Source of the DNA: Candidatus Caldarchaeum subterraneum
GTDB lineage: Archaea; Thermoproteota; Nitrososphaeria_A; Caldarchaeales; Caldarchaeaceae
DNA: 64,000 bases
Assembly (NCBI GenBank): GCA_000270325.1
Contig: BA000048.1
Coordinates: 1,605,481-1,669,480, forward strand
Direction of reading: 5' to 3'
The position numbers and the translations under genes are program-made. Each line of letters begins with the position of its first letter. Positions within the stretch are counted from its first letter, which is position 1. Below the pieces are notes generated by a model, which ran no database searches, was not told where the DNA came from, and was given only the letters and a program-made list of their open reading frames with translations. Positions 39,729-48,590 of the stretch are shown piece after piece.

Positions 39729-40748
39729 ATGACTCTGACGGAGCTGTTTGGCAGGGACCTGATTTCTTCACAGGATTGGAGTATTGAGGAGATCGATGCG
39801 GCGATGGATTTGGCGCGGAGCTTGAAGATTGCCAGGGCCTCTGGAAATGTTCCCGAGCTTTTCAAGAACAGGACCATGTTCATGCTCTTCTACAACACCA
39901 GCACAAGGACGAGGGCGAGTTTTGAAGCAGCCGCGACCATGTTGGGAGGACACGCCCAGTTCATCGACTTCGCCACCACACGCGGGGCAGAGGGAGAGTC
40001 GGTCAAGGACATAGCCAAGATGTATGAGAGGCTGGGCCATGTCCTCGGCGTCCGGATACTCGAGTCAGCTGTGGACTATGTCTATGGGAGAGGGAACGCT
40101 GTCGTTAGAGAGTATGCGGAGCACGCGAAAATTCCCGTCATCAACATGGCTGATGACATGTTTCACCCTAGCCAAGCCATCACAGACCTCTACACGTTGC
40201 GGGAGAAGCTTGGACGGGTTGAGAAGAAAAAATATGTCTTGATGTGGGCTTATAGCGACAAGGTTCGCAGCTGGGGAAGCATACAGGATGAGATGCTGAT
40301 AGCCACCCGATATGGCATGGATGTTGTCCTCGCTTATCCTCCTGGCTTCGACATAGACGAGAACCTTGTGAAGCTTGCGAAAAAGAACGCTGAGGAGAGC
40401 GGCGGCACGCTGACCATCAGCCACAATTACAAAGAGGCGCTGGAGAACGCGGATGCTGTTTTTCCGAGAAGCTGGGCAAGCCACGAATGTGTAATCACAG
40501 GCATGAATAGGTTCGGCCGGGAAAGAGAAATCGAGTTGCACAACAAATACAGGGATTGGAAGCTTACACGTGAGTTGACAGACCTCATGTCGCGGCATGG
40601 TATAGTGACGCATGTGCTCCCCGTGTTCCGTGGACAGGAGGCTGATGACGATGTCATGGACGGGCCGCGAAGCGTGATCTACGACCAGGCCGAGAACCTA
40701 CTCTATGTAAGAGCGGCTATACTGTCGCTAGTGGCTGGAAAAATTTAG
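39729..40748 (+). CDS. carbamoyltransferase, non-canonical (YgeW/AOTC-like)
   Basis: STRTR.SF, HPSQ, FPRSW, HVLP and QAEN; no ornithine-binding SMG motif. Confidence 0.88.
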   Translation: MTLTELFGRDLISSQDWSIEEIDAAMDLARSLKIARASGNVPELFKNRTMFMLFYNTSTRTRASFEAAATMLGGHAQFIDFATTRGAEGESVKDIAKMYERLGHVLGVRILESAVDYVYGRGNAVVREYAEHAKIPVINMADDMFHPSQAITDLYTLREKLGRVEKKKYVLMWAYSDKVRSWGSIQDEMLIATRYGMDVVLAYPPGFDIDENLVKLAKKNAEESGGTLTISHNYKEALENADAVFPRSWASHECVITGMNRFGREREIELHNKYRDWKLTRELTDLMSRHGIVTHVLPVFRGQEADDDVMDGPRSVIYDQAENLLYVRAAILSLVAGKI

Positions 40749-41701
40749 GGAATAAAGTGGGTTCCCGCCGAGCCTTTTAAAGCTTCCTTAAATTGAGAAA
40801 GCTCGGCGATCACTGCCTCTTTGCCGCCTGCCTCGATGAACCTAATGCAAGCCAACACCTTGGGAAGCATCGAGCCTGAGCCGAAATGTCCCTGCTCGAG
40901 GTAGCGTCTCGCCTCAGCCGCTGACACTTTCTCCAGCTTCTTCTGGTCGGGTTTTCCAAAGTTTAGGTAGGCTCCGTCGACATCCGTCAGAATGATGAAA
41001 CGGTCCGCCCCGATTAATTCGGCTAGCCTCTCGCCGGCGAGGTCTTTGTCGATTACAGCCTCCACTCCATATGCTTTGCCGTTTTCTTCAACTATCGGTA
41101 TTCCGCCTCCGCCGCTTGCCACAACTATGAACCCTTCGTCAACCAGCTTCCTTATAGCATGTCTCTCGGCGATGATTTTTGGGTCGGGTGACGGCACCAC
41201 CCTTCTCCAGCCTCCGCGGGCCTTGTCCTCCACGAAAACGTACTCGGGATGCTCCGCCTTGATCTTCTCCATCTCCTCTTTTTTGTAGAATGGGCCGATG
41301 GGTTTGGTCGGGTTGCTGAACGCTGGGTCGTTTTTGTCGACGATCACCCGTGTCACGACGGTTATTACGTATTTGTCGATGCCGCGTCGCTTGAGCTCGT
41401 TGCGGAGGTTTTGCTGGATGATGTAGCCTATGAAGCCCTGTGTCTCGGCTCCGCAGGCATCCATGGGGAATGCCGGGATGTTGTGTAGCTTCTGGCCAGC
41501 GTCATGACGTAGTAGTGTTGCACCGACCTGTGGGCCGTTGCCATGGGTGATGACAAGCCGGTGACCAGCTTCAACGATGTCGGCGAGATACTTAGCCGCC
41601 TCACCCACGTTCTTATACTGCTCCTCGAAAGACCCCTTGTCACCTCTTCTCAAAAGCGCGTTGCCTCCAAGAGCCACAACGATGAGCTCGCTTCTATCCA
41701 T
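40745..41701 (-). CDS. arcC: carbamate kinase
   Basis: ALGGNA, THGNGPQVG, PTKPIGP, AVIDKD and GSMLPK. Confidence 0.96.
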   Translation of the reverse strand: MDRSELIVVALGGNALLRRGDKGSFEEQYKNVGEAAKYLADIVEAGHRLVITHGNGPQVGATLLRHDAGQKLHNIPAFPMDACGAETQGFIGYIIQQNLRNELKRRGIDKYVITVVTRVIVDKNDPAFSNPTKPIGPFYKKEEMEKIKAEHPEYVFVEDKARGGWRRVVPSPDPKIIAERHAIRKLVDEGFIVVASGGGGIPIVEENGKAYGVEAVIDKDLAGERLAELIGADRFIILTDVDGAYLNFGKPDQKKLEKVSAAEARRYLEQGHFGSGSMLPKVLACIRFIEAGGKEAVIAELSQFKEALKGSAGTHFIP

Positions 41702-41718
41702 GTCGGCATCACTTTTTT

Positions 41719-42963
41719 CTATGATAAATACTTCATCAGCTCACTCAGAGAGGGGCGTATGAGCGGAAGCTCGGCTGTGGAGGCAACTTTCTCCGGTTCT
41801 TTCAGCCCCGAGGCGGTCACCAGAACAACCACCGTGTCCGAGGCTTCTACAACTCCTTGTTCAAGGAGTTTCTGGACAGCGGCCACCCCCACGGCGCCTG
41901 ATGGCTCGGCAAAAACCCCTTCAAGACGGGCCAGCTTCTTTACAGCCTCTCTAATTTCATCCTCTTCAACTGCGACAGCCGTTCCACCGGTTGTTCTCAC
42001 ACCCTCCATCGCCGCGTCACCGTCCCATGGATAGGGGTCGAGAAGACCTGATGCTATGGATTTGGGCCACTTTTCCGGCTCGACCTCCTCGAATCTTTTG
42101 CCTTGAAGAATTGCTCTGACGAGAGGCATGTTTCCGCTGGGCTGGACCGGCACCAACTTGGGATAGCTCTCGATTAACCCGAGTAGACGCAGTTCTTTCA
42201 ACGCTTTCCATATTCCTGTGGCGAGGCAGCCCGAGCCCGTTGGGATGAAGACAAAGTCGGGAACACCCCAGCCCATCTGCTCAACCATCTCATATACGAT
42301 GGTTTTGGGCCCCTCGACTTGGTACGGGTTGAAGGGGCCGAAGCTTGGGCAGGGGTACCAGCCCAGCTCTTTGACAGTCTGCATCATAAGGTCAACCGTT
42401 GGGTCACGTCCCTCTTCGACCTGCTTGACGCGTAGAACCCTCGCACCATAGAGCAAAAGCTGCGAGGCCTTCCCCATCGCAACGTCCTCTGGAACAAAAG
42501 CCGTGCACCGTAGACCAAGAGAGGCGCTGTAAGCGGCCAGAGAAGATGCAGCGTTACCGCTCGAGGCTATGACCACATCCCTTCTACCCATTTCAACAGC
42601 CTTCGCGGCGCCCACAGCCATCGCACGGTCCTTGAACGACGCCGTCGGGTTACGCGTCTCATCCTTGAGAAAAAGCCTCTTGACACCGAGTTCTCCGCCG
42701 AGTCGCTGAGCATGGAGCAAAGGCGTGTTACCTTCACTTAGTGGAGAAGCGTAACGCTGGTCAACGGGGATAAGCTCCCAGTAACGCCAAACCCCTCTTG
42801 GAGCACGCTTCTCAATCGAGGCCTTGGAAAAAGACTCGGCTACCCGGTCATAGTCGTAAACTATGTCCAAGCGGCCGTTGTCGTTTTTTCTGCAGAGGAT
42901 TGGGTTGCTCGACGGATGGTATTCTGTCCCGCATCGTGAACAAACCATTTTTTCGACAAACAA
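41719..42963 (-). CDS. threonine synthase-like fold-II PLP enzyme
   Basis: N-terminal CxxC, EGNTPL, NPTASFKDR, SSGNA and EPSGA. Confidence 0.88.
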   Translation of the reverse strand: MFVEKMVCSRCGTEYHPSSNPILCRKNDNGRLDIVYDYDRVAESFSKASIEKRAPRGVWRYWELIPVDQRYASPLSEGNTPLLHAQRLGGELGVKRLFLKDETRNPTASFKDRAMAVGAAKAVEMGRRDVVIASSGNAASSLAAYSASLGLRCTAFVPEDVAMGKASQLLLYGARVLRVKQVEEGRDPTVDLMMQTVKELGWYPCPSFGPFNPYQVEGPKTIVYEMVEQMGWGVPDFVFIPTGSGCLATGIWKALKELRLLGLIESYPKLVPVQPSGNMPLVRAILQGKRFEEVEPEKWPKSIASGLLDPYPWDGDAAMEGVRTTGGTAVAVEEDEIREAVKKLARLEGVFAEPSGAVGVAAVQKLLEQGVVEASDTVVVLVTASGLKEPEKVASTAELPLIRPSLSELMKYLS

Positions 42964-42967
42964 GCGG

Positions 42968-43465
42968 CTACACCCTGTTAATGCTGAATCTGCAGACGCC
43001 TCCGCCCGCTGCTCTGCAAAGCTCCTCCTGAACAGTTACACCCCTGCCGTAGACCGACTCAGCTATACCGGCTATAATCCCCGAGAGGAAACTACACGCA
43101 GGCGTTTTCTCATGCTCCAGACCCTCGCAGAAAACACAATTCTCGAAAACCACCACCATTTTCCCGACTGTCTCGAAGTTGTCGCTGACGGTTATCTTTC
43201 CCCAGCCTGACCTCTGCGCAGCCTTTGCCAGAAGCTCAACAGCCTCCCCCGATGTCTTCGCCATACTCTTTGTCCTCCTCCCCAACGCAAAACCATACTT
43301 GTTGCCCATGTGCCACAGCAAAGTGTCAACAGCGGGCCTCGACATAGACTCTGAGAGAAGAACCCGCATCTCGGCGAAAAGCCTCCCAGACAGCACCAAT
43401 ACTCTGCCGCCGAGTAAAGGGTCTTTGACAATTCCATGCGTGTCGTCGTATTCGAACCCCGCTAT
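42968..43465 (-). CDS. V4R-domain protein
   Basis: GWG, C.FLSG and E..C.A.G...C.F; frame open upstream to an SD-preceded ATA at 43465. Confidence 0.8.
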   Translation of the reverse strand: MAGFEYDDTHGIVKDPLLGGRVLVLSGRLFAEMRVLLSESMSRPAVDTLLWHMGNKYGFALGRRTKSMAKTSGEAVELLAKAAQRSGWGKITVSDNFETVGKMVVVFENCVFCEGLEHEKTPACSFLSGIIAGIAESVYGRGVTVQEELCRAAGGGVCRFSINRV

Positions 43466-43472
43466 ATCCCTA

Positions 43473-44501
43473 TCACCTAATTATCTCAAGCCTCTGTAAA
43501 TGCTTCTCCCTGACGGTTTTCGTGTATTCGTCTAGGGGATGCTCACGCTCGGGGACGGTGGTTTTCTTACCCTCGCCATACAGCTCCGTTGAGAGATATC
43601 TGTTACCTGAGTCGCATATCAGTGTCACTATTTTTCGTAGGTTTGGATGCTTTTTGGCGACTTTGACCGCGGCGGCGACGTTGCATCCAGAGGATATCCC
43701 GCCAAATATTCCTTCGAGGCGTGCTAGCTGTCTAGCCATCGCGATTGACTCGTCGGAGGTTGTTGTCACTACTCCGTCGCATACGCCGAGGTCTAGGTTG
43801 CGGGGTATGAAGCCGTCGCCTATGCCCTCGATTTTGTGTGAACCCCATCTGCCTTCGCTTATGATGGGTGCTTCGCTGGGCTCGACTGTGTATATCTTCA
43901 CACTCGGGTTCTTCTCTTTGAGAAATTTTCCTACTCCGCTGACTGTTCCTCCTGAGCCCTGCGACATCACGAAAGCATCCACTTTGCCTTTTGTCTGCTC
44001 CCATATCTCGGGCCCCGTGGTTTTGATGTGGGCTTGGATGTTGTCGGGGTTGGTGAACTGGTTGGGGAACCAGTATTTGCCCGGGTTTTGCCTCATCATT
44101 TCCTCGGCTTTTCTGAGGCTGAGGTCGACATCAGACTCTGCGCCCGGTGTGAAGACGAGGTTGCCGCCGAAAGCTTTTATCAGCTGTTTACGTTCCTCGC
44201 TCATTCCCTCGGGCATAACTATGGTGACCCTGTAGCCGAGATGTGTTCCGACAAAGGTGCATGCTATACCTGCGTTGCCCGTCGAGACCTCGAGAATCTC
44301 CATCCCCGGTCTGAGGTCACCCCTCTCAATGGCCTTCGTTATCATCTCGCGGTATATGCGGTCTTTTAGGCTGCCCGAGGGGTTGTAGAACTCGAGCTTA
44401 GCCCATATCTCCGCCTCTACTCCATGTTGTTTCTCAATATGTCGTAGTCTGAGAAGGGGTGTGTTGCCTATGAGGTCGAGAATGTCTTCACCTGTTCTCA
44501 T
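43473..44501 (-). CDS. cysteine synthase-family fold-II PLP enzyme
   Basis: IGNTPL, NPSGSLKDR, STGN, NQF.NP, GSGGT and H.IEGIG. Confidence 0.9.
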   Translation of the reverse strand: MRTGEDILDLIGNTPLLRLRHIEKQHGVEAEIWAKLEFYNPSGSLKDRIYREMITKAIERGDLRPGMEILEVSTGNAGIACTFVGTHLGYRVTIVMPEGMSEERKQLIKAFGGNLVFTPGAESDVDLSLRKAEEMMRQNPGKYWFPNQFTNPDNIQAHIKTTGPEIWEQTKGKVDAFVMSQGSGGTVSGVGKFLKEKNPSVKIYTVEPSEAPIISEGRWGSHKIEGIGDGFIPRNLDLGVCDGVVTTTSDESIAMARQLARLEGIFGGISSGCNVAAAVKVAKKHPNLRKIVTLICDSGNRYLSTELYGEGKKTTVPEREHPLDEYTKTVREKHLQRLEIIR

Positions 44502-45574
44502 CTTCTTCCCATCGTCATAGACATGACTGCTTTCTGCACGTGCAGCCTGTTCTCAGCCTGTTGGAAGTAGAGCGAGTAGCGTGGGCTGTCTATAACCTCG
44601 TCGACAACCTCCTGGCCTCTGTCGGCTGGGCCGCAGTGCATGTATTTGCCTCTGTTGGTCAAATCCATCAACTCGGGAGTGGTTATCCAGTTTTTGAACT
44701 GGTCCTGATACTTCATAGCTCCTTCCTTGTCAACGGTTGAGTTGTATGGTGGGAAGAATTTCTTCGGAGACCATGCTTTTGGATAGACAAAGTCCGCTCC
44801 TTCGAAGGCTTCTTTCATGTCGTTTGTGATGGTGAAGGAGCCGCCGTACTGCTCCACGTTTTTCTTGCACGCTTCTATGACGTGGTCCTCGAGCTCGAAG
44901 CCGGGTGGATGAGCTAGGACAACATCCATGGCGAATTGTGTGCCTATGAGTATGCAGCTTTGGGGGACGGCGAGGGGCTTCAAGCCTCCTGAGTAGGCGT
45001 AGGAGACGACGAATTTTTTGCCGCGGGGCTTGGGTGCAACATCCTGTATAGCCATCATGTCTGCGAGGGCTTGGAACGGGTGGTAAATGTCGTCCTCCAT
45101 GTTGAGGACAGGAATAGTCGCCCATTTTGCGAACTCTTGAATGACCCTGTGGCCTCTGCCGATGTGCCACTTCGCCGCGTCACCATAAATCCTGACAGCT
45201 ATTGCGTCGCCATATGTGCTGAGAACACGTGCCACGTCTGCAATGGATTCTGTCTGATAGGGTATCATGTCCTCGGGAAGTGTTGGTGTATAGACGTCCG
45301 AGGGGCTGAGGAAATGTGCGTGACCACCTAGCTGATATATTCCGGCTTCGAAGCTGTTGCGGGTGCGTAGTGAGCGGTTGTAGAAGAGCATGAAAAGCGT
45401 CTGTCCTTTGAGATACTCTGTGGGTTTGCGTGCACGGAATTTTTCCCGCAGGTCTCGTGCAGCCTTGAGAATGTTGTTTATCTGCTCTTGGCTGTAGTCG
45501 TTTGTGTTTAGGAAATCTTTTCCACGAAGGGCTCCTATGTAGGATGGTTTTCCTGCTTTAGTTTTCTTAGCCAT
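44498..45574 (-). CDS. second carbamoyltransferase (YgeW/AOTC-like)
   Basis: SLRTR.SF, HPFQALAD, YPKAW, HCGP and QAENR; no SMG motif. Confidence 0.88.
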   Translation of the reverse strand: MAKKTKAGKPSYIGALRGKDFLNTNDYSQEQINNILKAARDLREKFRARKPTEYLKGQTLFMLFYNRSLRTRNSFEAGIYQLGGHAHFLSPSDVYTPTLPEDMIPYQTESIADVARVLSTYGDAIAVRIYGDAAKWHIGRGHRVIQEFAKWATIPVLNMEDDIYHPFQALADMMAIQDVAPKPRGKKFVVSYAYSGGLKPLAVPQSCILIGTQFAMDVVLAHPPGFELEDHVIEACKKNVEQYGGSFTITNDMKEAFEGADFVYPKAWSPKKFFPPYNSTVDKEGAMKYQDQFKNWITTPELMDLTNRGKYMHCGPADRGQEVVDEVIDSPRYSLYFQQAENRLHVQKAVMSMTMGRR

Positions 45575-45599
45575 AGAAAAAGTCTACATCTGATATGAT

Positions 45600-46934
45600 T
45601 TATAGATTTATCAGGAATGAGATGAGGGCCCAGAGGAAGAATCCTGCGGCGTGTAGCAGTCCTGTGAAGGTTGCGACATTGATGTTGGACGCGAGGGCTG
45701 GAATCATTAGATATGGGTTGCCGTATGTTTGGGCAACGTTTCTAACTGTTGAGATGGCTTTGGGGATTGTGGCGAGTGCTATCAGTGTCGTCGGCGGAGC
45801 CAGTCTTAGAACCACAGCGGCAACTATTACGGCGTAGGTGGCTGCGAGAGATAGCTTGTATCCTTTGAGAACGTTTTCTTTGGAGAGACGTGTTACCAGT
45901 GTATGTTTGCCTGCTGCTTTGTCGTAGGGTGCGTCGGGTATCTCGTTGACGTAGAGAATGAGCATGATGAGTATGCCTATGGGTATCGAGGCAAGGAGGG
46001 CCTCGGGCGAGAAAAACTGTGTCTGGACGTAGTGGCTTCCGAGAACGATGATTGGGCCGAAGCCTATCCCAACAGCTACCTCGCCCAACCCTCTGTAGGC
46101 AAGCTTGAGAGGCGGAGCTGTGTAGAAGATGCTTATCAAAACACCTGTTGTCATTACCGCCAGTATCGGGATGAGGCCCCTGAGAAAAGCGAGGTAGAGG
46201 CCTATTGCTATGCCGACGCCGTAGAAGAGCACGATTAGCGTTAGTAGTTGCTTGGGTGTCATTAGGCCGTAGTGTAGTATTCGGGAGCCTCCGCTGAAGG
46301 GTGTTGGCGTGATGTTGGCGGGGTCTGCTCCTAGCTTTGTGTCGTAGTAGTCGTTGGCCATGTTGAGGGCGAGGTGTATCAGGCTGGCGCCTATCAGGGT
46401 TAAGATGAAAAGCAGCGGGTCGAAGTAGCCGAGGTAGGCGGCTGTGCCTACTCCTATGAGGACGGGCGCGGCTGTGGCTGTGAGGAATGGGAACCGTGTT
46501 GCTCTGAAGAGAAGCTGGAGTGTTGGAAGCCGCGGTTTAACCTGCCTGCCCACAGCCTCGCTCAACCGTCTCACATAGCTTTTAGCCTGCGGAACTCTTT
46601 CCTCACAGTACTGGAAGAAGGGTTTGGTTTTCTCGTCCCAGCCATACTGCTTGTATGGTTTGAAGATAATGGTGTTGCCCTCTGTGACGGCTTCGCCCTT
46701 CATCATCAAGTATCTTCTGTCGGTGTATCCGCCTGTGGGCAGGGGTGTTATGTGGTTCAGGAGGACGGTTATTTTCTTGGGTGGGCTGAGGTATGGCGGT
46801 TTTTCGAGGACGAGTTTGCCTTCGCTGTATCTCATGGTTGTGGAGAAGCTCATCGGGTAGCCGTCCTGGTCAAGGTATGAGACAACCACGTCGCTGTATT
46901 TCTCTATCTCGACCGCGATGCTCATGCTCTCCAC
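45600..46934 (-). CDS. MenA-like UbiA prenyltransferase with an extra N-terminal soluble domain
   Basis: NDYYD...GAD, FSGGS, YTAPP..LAY.GLGE and NEIPD...D..AGK.TL. Confidence 0.85.
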   Translation of the reverse strand: MESMSIAVEIEKYSDVVVSYLDQDGYPMSFSTTMRYSEGKLVLEKPPYLSPPKKITVLLNHITPLPTGGYTDRRYLMMKGEAVTEGNTIIFKPYKQYGWDEKTKPFFQYCEERVPQAKSYVRRLSEAVGRQVKPRLPTLQLLFRATRFPFLTATAAPVLIGVGTAAYLGYFDPLLFILTLIGASLIHLALNMANDYYDTKLGADPANITPTPFSGGSRILHYGLMTPKQLLTLIVLFYGVGIAIGLYLAFLRGLIPILAVMTTGVLISIFYTAPPLKLAYRGLGEVAVGIGFGPIIVLGSHYVQTQFFSPEALLASIPIGILIMLILYVNEIPDAPYDKAAGKHTLVTRLSKENVLKGYKLSLAATYAVIVAAVVLRLAPPTTLIALATIPKAISTVRNVAQTYGNPYLMIPALASNINVATFTGLLHAAGFFLWALISFLINL

Positions 46935-47395
46935 CTCAGCGGCTCCCTTGACAAATCACCATCGGGCCACAGTAGCAATTCTCTCGGCTCAATCTCTATC
47001 ACTGCTCTTTCCCAGAAAAGTGGGAGAGCAACCCTCTGCTTGATGAAGGCCTCTATGTATGGCTCCTTCGCCCGCCACAGCTCGACGAGCCACTCCCAGC
47101 CGCTGTGAAGGTTTTCCTCGTAGATTTTCGCGTCGCCTTTTACATGCAGTAGAGAATATCGCGGCGTTTTGATGAATGGTCGGCCGCTGAAAAGCACACC
47201 GACCTTTGGGTTCTGTTTGATGTAGTTGATTTTCTTGCTGAATAGTATGCTGGATGTCATGTAGAGTTTTTTGCGTTCGCGGCTATAGAGAGGAAGCATG
47301 GGGTTTGTCAAGACCTCTCCAGAGGGAGTTATGACGCTTAAGGAGGAGACCAAGGCGTTCTCCATTATCTCCTCGGCTTCCTCGAAAATGTTCAT
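46922..47395 (-). CDS. pyridoxamine 5'-phosphate oxidase-like split-barrel protein
   Basis: S.K...I.QNPKV.V, V.G.A and IEIEP pattern. Confidence 0.75.
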   Translation of the reverse strand: MNIFEEAEEIMENALVSSLSVITPSGEVLTNPMLPLYSRERKKLYMTSSILFSKKINYIKQNPKVGVLFSGRPFIKTPRYSLLHVKGDAKIYEENLHSGWEWLVELWRAKEPYIEAFIKQRVALPLFWERAVIEIEPRELLLWPDGDLSREPLRWRA

Positions 47396-47446
47396 GTATG
47401 GTTTATGTTGTTGTTTTTATTTAACTATTTCACCACTACAGAGTGG

Positions 47447-48589
47447 TTAAAATCTCATCCGCCAAACACACAAAACAGCCAACAAACTAACAAAGACCAT
47501 CATCATCCATCCCGCGAAATACCCCCAGCCCTCCGCCACAGCCGAAAACACGTAGGGAATAGCCGATGCCGCGAGAAGATGCACCATGTTAACGGTCGCC
47601 ACGGTCACAGCGATTTCCGACTGATTAACAACCATCATAGGCGTGACGTAGTAGAGGTTGTTTGACGCTGTGTAGAAGAGGCCTGTCATGAAAACAATCG
47701 GCATGATGGCTTGGACGGGGCTGAGAGAGAAGGCTGCGAGGGAGACTGAGTTGAGGAGGTTGAGAAGGTAGAGAAGGCGTTTGCGGTCACGGGCCCTGTC
47801 ATACAGCCTGCCAGACAGAGGCGCGCCCACGACACTGCCCAGCGACAAAACAGACACCATAGCCCCAGCGATGCCGACGTCGAGTTTAGCCTCGCTGGTT
47901 AGGTAAAGGATGCCGAATTGTGTCAACGGATACCACGCCGCACCCGCGAACCCTAGCCCGAGAGCAGAGTATAGAACAAGCCTGTTCCCTATAGTTGAGA
48001 CATGCAGTCCACGCGGGTCAACCGGGTCCTCCACCCACCTCGACACCCAGTAAGTGACGAAAGCCAGCAACAGGCCAGCCACCCCGGGAACAAGTAAACC
48101 CAACCTCCAACCATACAAGCTCATGACCGTGGGCCACACACCCAGCGTCACAAGCGTACCCGTGTGAAAACCCGCGTTATACACGCCGACAGCCGTTCCC
48201 CTCTCCTTGGCGGTAAACAACGGGGCGAAGAAGGTGATGCCTGGCCCGAAGAAGAAACTAAGAAACACTCCAGTCAGGAAACGGAGAACCAGAAGATACT
48301 CGAACGCTGGAGCTAGACCACACAACCCTGCGAAAAACGAGGAGAAGAACAGGCCGAGCAACGCTATCTTTTTCGCCCCAAACCGTGCCGCCAAAATCGC
48401 CGCGGGCAGCTGGAAGAGAGCTACACCGAGTAGAAAAACTGCTCCAAGTATTCCAAGCGCGCTTAAGCCTATGTTGAACTCTGTTGCGAGAAAGGGCTGT
48501 GCCGGAGAGATTGCGAGCCAGTTAAGGGTGTAGACTATTCGGTCGACAAACAACCATGAAAGAAGCAGCCATCTCCGGTCGCGTGGCAA
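47447..48589 (-). CDS. MFS transporter
   Basis: ~12 TM; RFG.K and ERG.A.G motifs. Confidence 0.85.
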   Translation of the reverse strand: MPRDRRWLLLSWLFVDRIVYTLNWLAISPAQPFLATEFNIGLSALGILGAVFLLGVALFQLPAAILAARFGAKKIALLGLFFSSFFAGLCGLAPAFEYLLVLRFLTGVFLSFFFGPGITFFAPLFTAKERGTAVGVYNAGFHTGTLVTLGVWPTVMSLYGWRLGLLVPGVAGLLLAFVTYWVSRWVEDPVDPRGLHVSTIGNRLVLYSALGLGFAGAAWYPLTQFGILYLTSEAKLDVGIAGAMVSVLSLGSVVGAPLSGRLYDRARDRKRLLYLLNLLNSVSLAAFSLSPVQAIMPIVFMTGLFYTASNNLYYVTPMMVVNQSEIAVTVATVNMVHLLAASAIPYVFSAVAEGWGYFAGWMMMVFVSLLAVLCVWRMRF

Positions 48590-48590
48590 A

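Noticed and set aside
39729-41701. Arginine deiminase pathway
   Set aside because: No arcA/arcD in the window, and the transferases lack the ornithine SMG motif
39715-45595. Shared AGATGTA upstream of both carbamoyltransferase starts
   Set aside because: Only 7 bp and non-palindromic, so it could be chance
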